A stretch of 51,844 nt of DNA, filler included, from Sphacelaria rigidula (Eukaryota): the NCBI GenBank assembly GCA_964200075.2. It is 3 parts of 3 records of this genome, joined end to end, with 100 filler letters (N's around TTAATTAATTAA, not from the genome) between each part and the next. Parts side by side here need not be neighbours in the genome. Positions count along the whole stretch, not along the records: positions 17,321 to 34,533 come from CAXNAA020001139.1; positions 34,634 to 51,844 come from CAXNAA020001140.1; 1 more part is not named here. One strand, given 5' to 3'. Positions 23,739 to 35,929 of the stretch are shown in pieces (position 1 is the first letter of the stretch; each line of letters opens with the position of its first letter). The notes under the pieces were generated by a model that made no database searches, was not told the DNA's origin, and saw only the letters and a program-made list of their open reading frames with translations. The position numbers and the translations under genes were made by a program.

Positions 23739-25242
23739 CGGGTTCCGTTAAACGGCAAGCCGGGCTGGAATCTGCGGCTGTAGGCAGCAGAGGTAGGCGG
23801 GAAAGAATATCCGCGTTCCCGTCGTTTTTGCCTGGACGATGCTTAATAGTATACTGGTACGCTGTTAGAAACTCCAACCATCGTTGTACACGAGGATTGT
23901 GTTCGCCAACCTTGGCGAGTTGTTCAAGTGCCCCGTGATCCGTATAGATCTCGAAGGGCATGTGAAAGAGATATTGCCGAAGGCGCTTAATGGCCCAAGT
24001 GATTACTCCGCCCTCCAGTTCTAGCGGGCTCCAATTGGCCTCGTTGGGCAAGGTAGCGCGGCTGATATAGAGGATCGGTCGGACAGAGCCATCAACCTGA
24101 TGTTGATTCAAAACTCCTCCAGATCCATTTGTGTTGGCGTCAGTGTGGAGTTGGAAAAGGCGGGAGCCAGCTTGTACTGCCTCCCAATCAGGAAAGCAAA
24201 GTACGGGCTTTTCGGTAAGCATCTTGAGTAATTCGCGGGTGATATTCTCCATTTTGGTGGTGAAAGAAAACACGGCTCCTTTCTTGAGTAGCTCAGTGAG
24301 GGGGCGAATCCGTGTCAATACATTCGGCATATATTTGCGGTAGTAGGATAGTCCGCCCAACAATGAGCGACGTTGAAAAATGTTAGTTGGCATCGGCAAA
24401 TCAGTCATCGCCTTGACCTTGTTTGTATTCGGATGCAGGCCTGCAGGCGAAATGGAATGCCCCGAGAAATCCAAGTCAGTCGCACCAAGGCGAGCTTTGG
24501 ATGGAGACAGTTTCAAACCGTGCGTGCGTAGGCGAGAGAGAAATTCTCGTAGAGTGCGTACATGTGCAGTAGGTGAAGCATCGAAAGCGATAGCGTCATC
24601 CAAGTACATGATGATGTGCTCGAGGCCCTCGGTGACGCGTTGCATTAAGCGTTGAAAGCATCCCGGGGCAGTGGGGGGGCCTTGTGGTATTCGAAGCCAC
24701 TCATAGAGTCCGGACGAGGTGCAAAAAGCCGTCAGTGGGACTGTGTCAGGGTGTATAGCATTCTGAAACAATCCAGAAGCGAGGTCGAAGGTGCTGAATA
24801 TTTTTCCTTCGCCTAAGGAGTCGAAAACTTCATCAATGCGGGGAATTGGAAGTTTACCTACTACAGTGACGCGGTTCAACCGTTGATAGTTCACGGTTAT
24901 GCGTATGCTTCCATCCTTTTTGGGGACGACCACCAGGGGCGAGGCCCAAGGAGAGGAGGAATGTTGTATTAGCCCCGGTCCCAAAGACGCATCCAAGATG
25001 GCATTAACTTTCTTGGTAAGGGTTGAGTTGGTACGGTACGGCCGAGAAGAAATCGGTGAGACACCGGGTTGGAGGGTAACCTCAAAGGGCAATGTTTTGC
25101 AATGCCCAAGATCCGTCTTGGATCGGGAAAATCGGTCTTGATACTGTAGCAGGACATCACTGAGTTCTTGGATGACTGCCGGTTCCCAGCCGAGCCCATG
25201 AAGGTCAAAATTGATGCTGCGTGTGGCGGCAGTTGGTTCCAC
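23632..25242 (-). CDS. pol: Reverse transcriptase + RNase H (Ty3/Gypsy)
   Basis: SSSPWASPLVVVPKKDG, FSTFDLASG, PQG, YLDD, LHTDA, ELE, YTDH, NADILSR. Confidence 0.97.
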   Translation of the reverse strand: MEPTAATRSINFDLHGLGWEPAVIQELSDVLLQYQDRFSRSKTDLGHCKTLPFEVTLQPGVSPISSRPYRTNSTLTKKVNAILDASLGPGLIQHSSSPWASPLVVVPKKDGSIRITVNYQRLNRVTVVGKLPIPRIDEVFDSLGEGKIFSTFDLASGLFQNAIHPDTVPLTAFCTSSGLYEWLRIPQGPPTAPGCFQRLMQRVTEGLEHIIMYLDDAIAFDASPTAHVRTLREFLSRLRTHGLKLSPSKARLGATDLDFSGHSISPAGLHPNTNKVKAMTDLPMPTNIFQRRSLLGGLSYYRKYMPNVLTRIRPLTELLKKGAVFSFTTKMENITRELLKMLTEKPVLCFPDWEAVQAGSRLFQLHTDANTNGSGGVLNQHQVDGSVRPILYISRATLPNEANWSPLELEGGVITWAIKRLRQYLFHMPFEIYTDHGALEQLAKVGEHNPRVQRWLEFLTAYQYTIKHRPGKNDGNADILSRLPLLPTAADSSPACRLTEPDEPEIYAIIRFSTPVYALDLQCPETGMHMRGPRSL

Positions 25243-26252
25243 GTGTGCAAGAAACTATTCCGAGAATCTGGTGATACGCGTTGAAGCACTTCAGTAGGAG
25301 GATCGGTATTTGACTGGGCGGGATCCACGGTGTGGACCTGGGGTGGGGTCGCAGAGGCGAGGTCGAAATAGGGTTCATCGACACAATGAACTGACTCCGC
25401 CGGAGATGTGGCGTTTGGCGCGGCAGGCTCTGTTACGCACGTCTCGAGTGGGATGTGCATCAGGGGAGCAGCGGCGGTTCCGAAAACATCGCCGGTTTCC
25501 AAGTTAGCATGGCCCGTACGAGGGAGGAGTTGTTGTCCCGCTGACACAAAATGTTCTGTGTCGGCTGGTGCGCCATTACGGGGTATCATTTCGGCAAGAT
25601 AATGGCCCGTAAGTTCTGGCATTCCATTTCGGAGAACTAGGGCAACTTCAAGAAGTTGGGGGTCTTCGGAGAGTGTTGTACCCACGCTACCGTTATGTCG
25701 TAGGTGGTAAGCAGCTCCCGTTGCTTGAGGATTCTTCTGATAAGCCAGGGCGCCGTGGAGAATACCGAAGTGCTCAAGGATAAATTCTCCACGAGGCGGG
25801 GAATGTGGCGTTAGTGATGGAAGCGTGCGGTAGGTGCGTTTATTAAACCGCATATAGCTATCTCTGCCCAATAATATGGCATGATGCATGTTGCTGTCGG
25901 GGATAACGTATGCCCAGACTGCCAGGCTGGCAGATCGAGTGGTGTTGTGAAAGAATTGTACACTGAGACGTACGGATTTACGTGTCGTCAGTGGTGCAGC
26001 AGAATCACCGAAACCGCCCCACACGCGAGGTTTGGTGGTGGTTTCGCAAGCTGCAGTAGCAGCGCCAGTCTGTTTCATGTGTTCCCATATTGATTCTCGA
26101 ATAAATGTTTGCGGGCTGCCGCTGTCCAGCAAGGATACGCATTTCGTAGGCGTGATAGCGTTTGGACCGGCATGGATCGCAACGCGAGTAGTGAAAGTGG
26201 CCGGATCTACAGACACTTTACCACCGACAAGATCCGGACCGTGTTCCGGCAA
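24969..26252 (-). pseudogene. pol: Retroviral-type aspartic protease region, frameshifted from RT
   Basis: LLDSGS catalytic motif and ILLGRD flap motif. Confidence 0.9.
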
Positions 26253-26420
26253 GGTAAACTGGTCAGGATCAGCGGGGCTGACAGCAAAAACGCACGGCGG
26301 GTGATCCGCCGATGGGTCAGATGTCTCACCAGAAAAGGGGGGGGGGGGGGCGGTATATTATTCCCAGGTGTGGCACGGTCATTGGCGATTTCGTAAATGA
26401 TCATCTTTGGTTGACAGGGA

Positions 26421-27398
26421 TCACCGTCGAAGGGGGAAACCAGAATGTGCGGGGCTGGAGTCGTCGATTGAAGAAGTAGTGCCGTTAGAATTATGTGATT
26501 TTGTTTCTTCCGGGATACTTGATAGAGCCGTGGAGCTCAAAGTCGTCGCATTTTGGAGACATTGAGGTCGAGGATTTCCGCTCGAAAGAGGTGTACGTAA
26601 TGATGCGCGCGCGTCCTTGGGGGCATGCTTACGGGGCTTTCTCTTTCGCCGTGACAAAGGTCGGGACTCTTTCAAAACAGTTGGGGATGAAGCCACAACT
26701 GCGTCCAGTTGCGTGGATGGGGTCAGCATCGGGGCATGACGGAGCGAAACTTGTGGGCTGCTTTCCGTAGGCAAGCTTGGCTGTTGGGGCATAGCCGAAG
26801 ACGTGTTAGGGCGGTTGTTGGTATACCCGGCCGAAGGTAGGTCCGTGCGTCTTGAACGTCGCGGGGAAGGAGCCCGATCCAACTGATTGGGAATTACATG
26901 ATCCGATTTGGTCAGGTTCAAATCAGCAACACCTAGGTCAGCTGAAAAAGGCTTGCTGCTACCCGTGCGTGGGGTCGCCGAGGGAAGCCTTTGCCTCAGG
27001 GACTGGCGGTTGATCTTCCCACACCTCAGACTTATACTCGGTACTGAAGAACCAAGTTCAGTGCCGGGTGTAGGTCTGAGTCGCGAGGTGACAGAACTCT
27101 TACGCAGTGTGTGGAGTGGTGAAGACGGGGGTCGAAATGAACGGCCGTCAGTTGCACCCCTGCATAGTGCCGGGAGAGCCGGGCTGACAATCTCAGTCGC
27201 GGGCTCTGCGGGCTGTGTTGAAAGGTGTGTGGAGGTTGGAGACGGGGGTCGATATGAACGGCCGTCAGTTACGCTCCTGGATAGTGCCCGGGGAGTCGAG
27301 TGAGCAATTTTAAACACGGACTCCGCGGGCTGTGTTGAAAAAGTCTTCACTCGTGCTATCGACGGCGTGGAAGACCGAAGAACGCCGGCGTCGGCACG
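26421..27398 (-). CDS. Ser/Pro/Arg-rich gag-pol spacer ORF containing a 117-bp (39-codon) tandem duplication
   Basis: In frame with gag after a single TGA (27399-27401); repeat units start at 27124 and 27241. Confidence 0.6.
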   Translation of the reverse strand, partial: RADAGVLRSSTPSIARVKTFSTQPAESVFKIAHSTPRALSRSVTDGRSYRPPSPTSTHLSTQPAEPATEIVSPALPALCRGATDGRSFRPPSSPLHTLRKSSVTSRLRPTPGTELGSSVPSISLRCGKINRQSLRQRLPSATPRTGSSKPFSADLGVADLNLTKSDHVIPNQLDRAPSPRRSRRTDLPSAGYTNNRPNTSSAMPQQPSLPTESSPQVSLRHAPMLTPSTQLDAVVASSPTVLKESRPLSRRKRKPRKHAPKDARASLRTPLSSGNPRPQCLQNATTLSSTALSSIPEETKSHNSNGTTSSIDDSSPAHSGFPLRR

Positions 27399-30300
27399 TC
27401 ATGGATCTAAGCGATCCGTAGTGAAGGTACCAGGGTTTCTGGTGTTGGGATTAGAACTTTGTGTCTGTCCCGTCCGCTCGTGTCTTTCAGCGGAATGTTT
27501 GTTGTCGCGAGAATTTCGATCGTTTTGGCGAGGGCTTCCGTGATTGTTGTTGTGTCGGCGACCGCGGTTAGAGTTTTTGTTACCACGTTGATTCGAATTG
27601 TTGCGGTAGTTTCGAGTTGGTGGACGATAGTCGCGCATGCGTTTTTGCCATCGGCGCCACGCGGGTTCATGATCCTTCAATTCAGGGTTCATGAGATCAA
27701 AGGCATTGATGCATGGAGTGTCACATTCGCGCATGCTGTGGCCTTGAACACTACAGTTAATGCAACTGTTGGCCTGACTGCTGAAGGCATTGCGTCTCGC
27801 GGAAGACGAAAGAAGTGGGTTCCACAAATGGGGGTCCTCGGTTATGATTGCCGTTGTTGAAGTCAAATAAACGTCATCTCAAGCTTCCTCGGAAAACGGC
27901 CAGCCGTCAAAACTCGCGCTAAATGCATCTCTGATACCCTGAATATGCATTACTGAACCAACGACTGAGTCGGGGGTCCATGAAGCGCGAGGCGAGCTCG
28001 AATTCCTGCCACGAGCCCCTTGGGCATGAGTGCAGGACACAACCGTAGGGTGTGAACGCACAGACGTTGAAGGTTTGCCATGTATGACAGGCGTTAGATT
28101 ACCCTCTTGGTGTACAAAAGCAGACCACATAGTATCAACGGAGGCGTAAGGCACCTCGCGATGCGCGAAGACACCCGGAAACAACGACGGCATCAGAGCC
28201 GGATACTGTTGAGCAACGCTATTGCGAACATAAGTCTGACACATTGCGTCGCTCGGTCCATGTTGGCGTCCGACACCCGTCGTACCCGAAACTAAAAGCT
28301 TAAATTCGCGGAGATAATCCGCGAAGGGGACATCAGAGACGACAACAAAAGAGCTCAGCCTCTGGATGGTACTGGCCCGGTCACTTTTATCGAAGTAGCC
28401 GATCAGACGCCTCTCCAAATCAGAGAGTGATACCGGACCTGTCTTCCCCTTGGCACGGTCCGGGTCCATCTCGGCGAGGAAGCCGTCGAGAATCTGCGTT
28501 AAAGAAGCAGCGAGGTCGGGAGAGCGGCAGCTGATCGATCGATGCATTGCTTTGTGCAAGGGAGTCTGCCAGCCCTCTACCCAGTCGGAATCTTCGAAAC
28601 GTTGTGTGCCTGTCACATCCGCCAAGTGGAGGATGTTACAAACAGTGCGGCGGATGGACGTGATGAGGGCAGAAGTGAACCGGCCCGAATCTTCGTCATT
28701 TGCGGAAGGCATGGTTTTGATGTGCCAGAGTTTTTTCACATCCATCTGAATATACTGTCTCTGTAATGCAGCTATTCGGGCAGACTCAGCTCTATCGGAA
28801 GCTGCTTTTTTGCTAGCTTCGGAACGTTCTTTGTCAGCCGCAGCGGTTGCTAAAGCGCGGGCTGCAGTAGAAGACAAACGACGGTCAGGTGTATCCGTAC
28901 CGGACAAACGTAAAATGCGGGCCGAAACATGAGCCAACTTAGGAACCACTCGCCTGGGGGTCGCCGAGCCCGAGGCGGGAAGATCTGTGTCCGACTTGCT
29001 CCAGCCGGGTGCCGATGAACCGGACGAATTACCTCCGTAGTTTTTCGGTGCGGTTTGCGAGGCGGGCGGTTCGGGACGAAACAGCCCGAAGAGGATTCCC
29101 CACCGCCATGGCGGCGGCATGAATTCCCTCCATCGTTGTCGTCGTCGTCGCGCCTGTGATGTTTCTTCTGACCCCGGCAATTGGATGTTGCGGGAGTCCA
29201 TCCATCTTCATCTTCGTCTCCGTCGATGGTGGGGCCGGGATGAGCGTTGTAGGCGACGCGAAGCGCCGCAAACAGTTGGATGATCGCGTCAACGTAAGTG
29301 TGGTGGTTCCGGTGATTGCCAATGGTAGTCTGCAGAAGCAGTTGGCCCAAGGTGAGGACCGAAATGCCCTCCTTGGGGAGGAAGCCGTTCTGGTCGACGT
29401 AAATCCCAATAGTATGGAACATGCGTTGGGAAATCAAGGCCCATGCGTTTTGGGAACAGTGGAGGTGGTCTCGGCGGTGATAAGGACTGGTATAAGTGGT
29501 CACGGAACGAGGAAGCCACTCTAGTTCGTGGGGCACGAGTCGCCAGTCTGGCGCAGAAACGGCGCTCGACACCGAGCTAACTTCTTGCGGTGTCGGAGGC
29601 GTCGTGGCGGCGGCAGCGGCCGCAGTGGACGACGTCCGGTCGGACTTACGTGAGATAACGTAAGTCGATCTGCTGCGCAATGGCAGGTGGGTTCTGAGCA
29701 AGTTGTTGGCGGAAGGCCGAGAGGGGTGATGGTCGGATAGGCGCGCCACCGACGAGTCCGCTACTTGGGCTGTCCGCTGAACATGATCTTCTAGCTCGCG
29801 GACTCGACCTTGGGCCGTCATGGCCGCAGTACGACCCTCCTGTAGCGCTCGTTGTGCCGCCGTGCTCGTGGATTGAGCGTGGGAGGCCTACCGGTGGAGG
29901 TCCTTCAGCGTGCCTGCGTGCTCCTCCAGTAGGAGGCGGGCAGCGGCGGCGTCAGCGTCACGTTGCTGACTAAGTATGTTTTGCGCCAAAGCAGGCGCCT
30001 GGGAGGCATAGTCGGCAATGAGCTATTATTCCTGTTCCACACGGGGTCTGTTTGTGAACAGCCGTAAGAGTAGAGCGGTCGGGCAGTGCTCGTCACCGAG
30101 CGGAGGGAGGGCCTCCACGGATGGGGGCGGGCGCACAGGGGCAGTGATGGCACCATTATCGGCATCTGTGTCGACGGCCGACGGAGCGGCGGCGGTTGTA
30201 TCCGGCATCGCAGGGGTGGCTGAAGGCGCAGCGGTCACAGTAGCCGCAGCAGGAGCTACCGGAGCGTGAGTGGGCTTGCTGACTGTAGCGGCGGCGGCAG

Positions 30301-31794
30301 CGGATGATGAAGGGTTCATGGTAGACAGTTGTCGCTCGAGTTCTGTCAAGCGTTGTTGAAGAGAACGAATAAGCACAGGATCGGAACGGGACGGTGGTTC
30401 GCGGTCAGTGCGTGGTCGTCGGTTTTGCGATGATATGCAGCCGGATCCTTCAATTGAGGATTCCGGAGCCGGTGACATGTCCGAAAGTATGTTTTGGGTA
30501 TCATCAGCATGTACAGTGTTATCATTGCGTACATGACGGCTGTGTGACTGATGCGGAGCAGGAGAGATGCGCGAGGGTGCATGATCGGTGTTTTTCGAGC
30601 GTGGGTGAACGCGCGAAGAAGTTTATCTGTGCCGCAAGACATCCTCGTGAGTACGTTCACGGTTAGCATTCACCCGGCGCTGCGGAGCGCGTGATGAGTT
30701 GGAACTGTGGCGTGAACTACCGTCGTAAGTGTAACCATGAGTGACGTTCTTCGGGCGTGTAAAAACGCGCGATGAATTCAAGCTTTGCTGGGAGTTGCCC
30801 TTAGAACTGCGAGAACGGGAGGCGTAGTCGTGACCAAGTCTCGGTGTGCGGCGCCGGTCAGAAGCGCGAGTAAGGCTCTGCTGCGACGTTGAGGAAGGGC
30901 TGGACTCATGTCCGTTGAATTTGTCATGAGTGTCAAACGGAGAGCGCGATGTCGCCGAACGGGACGCTAGACGTACGGGTTTGGGCGTGGCAGGTGCAGA
31001 ATCATCATGAAATTGCACATGAGCAGAAGCCGATTGATCTTGGAGCGTGGCGTGGCAAAAAGCCGTAAATGCCTCGACGAGAGCTGGCACTGGTGATGGT
31101 GACGACGCCGATGAGGTGCGATGCAGAGTTTGCATGGCAGCATGCATGGCCGCAACTGCCGGTCCGACATTGGACTGCGCCGTAGGGCGCACGGGACTAT
31201 CGAGAGTCGTGCGGAGGGGGTCCGTACCGGGAGCAGCCCGTGTGACAAAGTCTCTTGCTCCAGAAGCGATGCCCTTAGTCGGGACAGGTTCATCTCGAGA
31301 GTTGTCAGCCGTCAAGCGACGGGGTGCCAAAGTTGAAGCAACCGTTACAGGGCCAAGCTGGACACGTGGGCCCAGGGGCAACGACTCAACTGGAGGCAGA
31401 ATTCTGACTTCGGATTCCACATTGGGATTCGGAAGAACAGAACGCAGCGAGGGGGGTGCAACGGAATCCACCGTTATGGGCTCACTGACATGCCCGTCAG
31501 AACCAATGACTCGGCCGGTTGCACTACCATGTTTTCTGAGTCCGGGTCGGAATGTGAGAGAACAGGTCTCGGCGTCACAGTCTTGTCTTCAAGCCTTGAA
31601 GAACGAGCTTCCCTCGAAACTTGGTCCTCAGATCCCAAAGATCGAACAGCGCTCGCATACGTGCGGCGATGAGTTGAAGGCGACATGCCACTCATCTTGA
31701 AAAATTTCGAACCGCCAGTAGTTTGACTCCGGGTCCGACGAAGCGGTTGGTTTCCCAATTGAAGGGAAGAGCCAGCATTATTTCTGTGCGACAT
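27399..31794 (-). pseudogene. gag: Very long Gag region with C-terminal CCHC zinc knuckle
   Basis: CINCSVQGHSMREC knuckle. Pieces 27399-27866 and 27879-29201 are in frame across one TGA; 28850-30478 is in frame across TAA/TAG stops. Homologous to older-element pieces at 37640-43300. Confidence 0.85.
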
Positions 31795-32699
31795 GATAAT
31801 GGTACGCAGCCTTTGTTTCTAAAAAGGCAGGTGCAGTGTGTCTGGTCTGCGGGCTCTAATCAAAGGAGTGTGACACCGAGAGGTGCTACGTGCAAAAGTC
31901 GAAGCTTGTATCCGGAAATACTGGATAATGAAGCCTAATAGCGCCTGAGGGGACCGTGGGACCTGATTTACATGAGTATTTTATTCAAGCGAATTGCTGT
32001 ATGTAACAACTTTGTCCAGGGTCTGATTAAAACAACTTTATTTAAGTTGTGGCGGTAATAGCTATCAGCGAAGCTCGGGATTGTGCACAGGATAGACGTA
32101 TGCGTCGAAGAAAAGCGAAGACTCGATTGTCTGTAGCAGCATTGGTACGTGGAAGTCGTATAACTTACACGCGTTCCGGGTGTAGCGTCATGGGCAGACT
32201 ATAACTGTATTACCCCGACACAAGCTGCGGGACGACTGGCGGTGTGTAAATGAAAGTAATTATTTTTTTCTTTTCAGATGCGCACAAAGGTTGTGCATCG
32301 TGAGGCAGCACAAACGCTTTTACAAAGCTTGGGTTGTAGACCGCGAAATCGGACTGCGTAGTGCAGAGCGAAGGCTTGTTATCCAACGGAATTGAGGGAA
32401 CGTATGTATGTGGAACAGAGGTGAGGTGGTGCACAACAGGGGCAACACTGAGAGCGGGTGCCGAAACTTTGTAGTGCACAGGCGAGGGGCACCGATTTCG
32501 AGTGCTGTCTATTTAGATGAGCACGTAACGTAGGTGTGAAGTGTTTCAACGAGTATTATCGCAACGAAATCGTCTCGGAATAATAAATTTGCTCGTTCGA
32601 GAGGGGGTCAAAGGAGATAAACTCACAGTACGTTGTGCTGTGTAGTGTTACTTACCACGGTGATGTACCGCGTTGCCTTACGGTTGTGCGAAGTACAGA

Positions 32700-32820
32700 A
32701 GAGGACAACAACAACGAAGTAGCCACAAGCAAGAAGCTAAAGCTACAACAACAACAAAGTAGCTACAAGCAACGAAGTTAAAACTACAACAACAAAGTAG
32801 CTACAAGCAATTAGGTTAAA
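32700..32820. repeat. ~37-bp ACA-rich tandem repeat x3 in the 5' leader of the element
   Basis: ACAACAAC(A/G)AAGTAGC(T/C)ACAAGCAA repeated. Confidence 0.8.
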
Positions 32821-33500
32821 GTTCCGGAACAGGACCAAATTTCGTGTACAGATTACCTTGTCACAATGTATGAGCATGGGTTGTACTTGTTCAGTAATTA
32901 CGTGTAGGAAAGATACAACGGTCGCGTACAATCGATACTGACAAATAAGAGCAGCAGCTTGCTGACTTGGCAGGAGCTCAGGTCGGGGACAGCGGCTGGC
33001 TTATGAGCAACAGTGCGCCTGTGTGCACTGGTGTTCTATACGAACCTGTAGTAGAAGACTGAATCAGCAGAAGGGAAGGGGGGCAACAAGACCAAATACA
33101 CGAGCCAACGATGGCTTGGCGCTTTGATCGTGCCTGACTGAATGAATCACCAAGAGATTCACCACGTGCAGTCGGAACTGAAGCCGTGCAACCTTGTGCA
33201 GGCGATGTCCAAATTGACAGCACGGCGAAAGTAGCAAGCAGTGCGCGTTGACCCCACGTAGCACAAGATGTGCAGTCAAACGCTACAGAAAGTTGCAAGT
33301 AGCAGGGCACGAATACTCTTTACCAAGGGACCACAGGGCAGAAGCTTTAGAAGCTACTGACTATCGAAAGCGATAGATTCGACTCTAGCTGTCCCGAAGG
33401 AAACGGAAGGGGGCAAAATGATCACCCGGCTGGGGTTACGCAGCTGGGCAGCAGGGATACAAATCGGTATCAAGAAGCAAACGCAATAGTCAGAGAAAAA

Positions 33501-33519
33501 GCTCCGTAGTCAAACGCCA
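33501..33519 (-). promoter_or_regulatory. Putative primer-binding site TGGCGTTTGACTACGGAGC
   Basis: Begins with TGG one base after the 5' LTR end, as expected for pairing with tRNA CCA; the tRNA is not identified. Confidence 0.7.
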
Positions 33520-33520
33520 G

Positions 33521-34032
33521 TGTAATGAAGAGCAAGCGGTGTGTATAATGCAAGGACACAGCTTGCAGCTCAAGGCATAATGCAAAGACGCAGCTTGTAA
33601 CTCAAGGCACAAGCTTAGCAGGCAAGCGTAGAACCGTCAGGCTGCTACAACTTGTAAAGACCGTGTGACCTGCTCAGCATCCAAATATCAGACGAGTTCT
33701 CACGCAATAGGTTCTTCACTTCTTCTTGGTTATCTTGATTCTAACTCCAGTACCCAATCAATCAATCCAACCCAAAATACGTCTTACCGATAGTTAGACT
33801 TCTTTTGCTGGAAAGCAGTAGGGGAGCAGTTGGTAGTGATTGATGGTGCGAGCTTTGGTCGTGGAAACAGCGACCAAAGCAATTATTATGCCTGCAGTTA
33901 TACAGTTTCACGTTCGTACCCGACCAACTCTGAACAGGCCTGTAGTCTTGGCTACCGAAACAAAGTAAATAGCCAAACTCGACCACGGGTCTGAAGCGGC
34001 ATGACAACATGCTAATATGTGTCTTCATGACA
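33521..34032 (-). repeat. 5' LTR (512 bp)
   Basis: Direct repeat of 19772-20283. Confidence 0.97.
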
Positions 34033-34270
34033 TGGCCCCCCCGCGAAAAGTGCATGGTTTTGGGAGGCGGAATCTTCACGTTCATCGAAATGGGAAAATC
34101 CAAGCACCACGAGGAGCTGGGAATTCCCATGCTTGGGTTCGTTCTAGCCAATGTCGTCAATATGAGGCGCTTCATGCAGCCTAAATCAAAACATCAGGCG
34201 CTGTATGGACATTTCTTTCGTGGCACTTTTGAGCTGGTTTTGGGGGGGGCTATCGTAAAAAGTGTCTTTG

Positions 34271-34470
34271 AACCGCGCGAACCGCGATGTTGAGGGCGAT
34301 GGTTTGAACGCATACGCCCGTATTGTGACGATTTGGTCCAAATAAAATAATGAGCACACCGAACGCATTTGTGAAAGGGTTGTCACAGGTGCGCATCAAA
34401 TATATGGGTACGCAATCGGTCGCGGTATAGCCAGTATGGTTTTGAAACCAAATGCCACAACATTCACATG
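34271..34470 (-). mobile_element. gag: Older Gypsy gag C-terminal fragment
   Basis: MRTCDNPFTNAFGVL and GRMRSNHRPQHRGSRGS resemble MRECDTPCINAFDLM...KRMRDYRPP; joins 19749 once the MITE is removed. Confidence 0.65.
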
Positions 34471-34533
34471 TATCCTTAAGGGGGGGGGGGGCGTACTCAT
34501 TTGTTACTTGCCTTAGTCATTTGACCATTGACC

Positions 34534-34633
34534 NNNNNNNNNNNNNNNNNNNNNNNNNNNNNNNNNNNNNNNNNNNNTTAATTAATTAANNNNNNNNNNN
34601 NNNNNNNNNNNNNNNNNNNNNNNNNNNNNNNNN
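34534..34633. other. Assembly gap with artificial TTAATTAATTAA linker
   Basis: Same 100-bp construct as 17221-17320. Confidence 0.95.
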
Positions 34634-35929
34634 CAGCAGTATGAAGTCTGTACTCAACAAGAGGCGCTCGAAACCTCGATAACTAGTCCAAAGAAGTATG
34701 TTTTCGGCATGCTTTGTTACGTATTCCGTAGCGCCTAGACGCAGATCCTGCTCAAAAGATGCCGCACAATGACGGTGGTTTTTCTGTGGAACTGCTCATC
34801 GTCGTGCTTGCACTGCCGTGCAGAAACTTCTGGGTTAGGGTTACATGGTCGAAACCAGTTACGAATCCCGAGCCTTTTGGACGAAACAAATGAAATTTCG
34901 ATGGTCAGTTGAACCTCACCCGAATATTGAACCTCAAAAACGAATCCAGGCTGTTATTTGAAAGCTATGCTCACACGCATTGTAGAGGATGGTTATCACT
35001 GTTCCAACGTTGATAACGTCATCACCAAGAAGGGCTACTTTCTACTTGACGAAACTCTGTTGAAACGTGCTATCGAAAATAGAATTTTTGATAACGGGTT
35101 TTGATATACATCAGAAGTTGTAGCCTGAAAGAAACCAAAACAAGAATATGGTGCTTACTTTTCCTTTGCTTTTTGGATTCGATACCCAGCTGCCCGGGCT
35201 GCGATACCTGTCGCTCGCTTCCGGGTACGGGCAACCTCGAGAGCTGCTGCATTGCGCTCTTTTCATGCTTGTTGGAGTGCACGCCGTGGTTCCCGTTTGG
35301 GCGTAGCTGCGGCCTTAGCGGCGGCAGCACGAGTGTCGGACTTTGCCTTTGAATTCCTGAGGAGCTCCTGTTGGGCAGCGTTTTGCGCCAAACCGGCTAC
35401 CTGTTGGGATGTGCGTTGCGCTGCCAACGCTTCATGCCTCTCCGAACGGTCATCGTGTAGAGCATGACGCTGGGACGTTGTTTGTCCCTGCTCTGGGGGT
35501 CGCCCCGTCTTCGGCGATGTCGCGCTCGCCTGCGATAGGGTTACTAGGGAAATAACTGCTAAACCTTCCACCCACATGAACCGGAGTGGGTGCGTGTGTG
35601 AAATAGCGAATCAAGACACGCGTTCTTGCTAGTACTCGTAACGGGCGGGTGTGTCCCACACCGGGGTGTTAACAGGGTGTGGCCCGCTTAAAATGAAGTT
35701 TTGTTGGAAACATGAATAAAATGCGGGTATTTCTCCAGCCGGTGTGACGAGACTCGAGACACGTCGTCTGATCTTGTCGGCAATGTTAAAAACGAATAGG
35801 ATTTTCTTGCAACGGGCGCGTGTTTGGGCGGCATAGTGTTGTGACGCCTTCTTGAGTCTTGTCTGCAGAATTGCATAGACCTTGGACTAACGGCCACATC
35901 CAGACCCGCCGCGTTTCTGCGCCCGCGTG

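Larger units (their letters stand above)
19772..34032 (-). mobile_element. Full-length 14.26-kb Ty3/Gypsy LTR retrotransposon, chromodomain-bearing, with inactivating stops and frameshifts
   Basis: Two 512-bp LTRs with TG...CA ends; domain order gag-PR-RT-RH-IN; TSD TAGC/TGGC (1 mismatch). Confidence 0.97.
19754..34266. mobile_element. ~250-bp MITE split by the Gypsy insertion (pieces 19754-19771 and 34037-34266)
   Basis: GACACTTTCTACGATAGC (19754-19771) is the inverted repeat of GCTATCGTAAAAAGTGTC (34249-34266); flanked by 4-bp TSD TTTG (19750-19753, 34267-34270). Confidence 0.85.

Noticed and set aside
29890..30030. Stops arising from CAA/CAG to TAA/TAG, suggesting RIP-like mutation
   Set aside because: Too few events; ordinary transitions explain them, and LTR differences show no obvious strong context bias by eye
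33762..34175. ORFs overlapping the LTRs (also 20013-20279)
   Set aside because: Duplicated only because they lie in the LTR; one crosses the LTR/MITE junction
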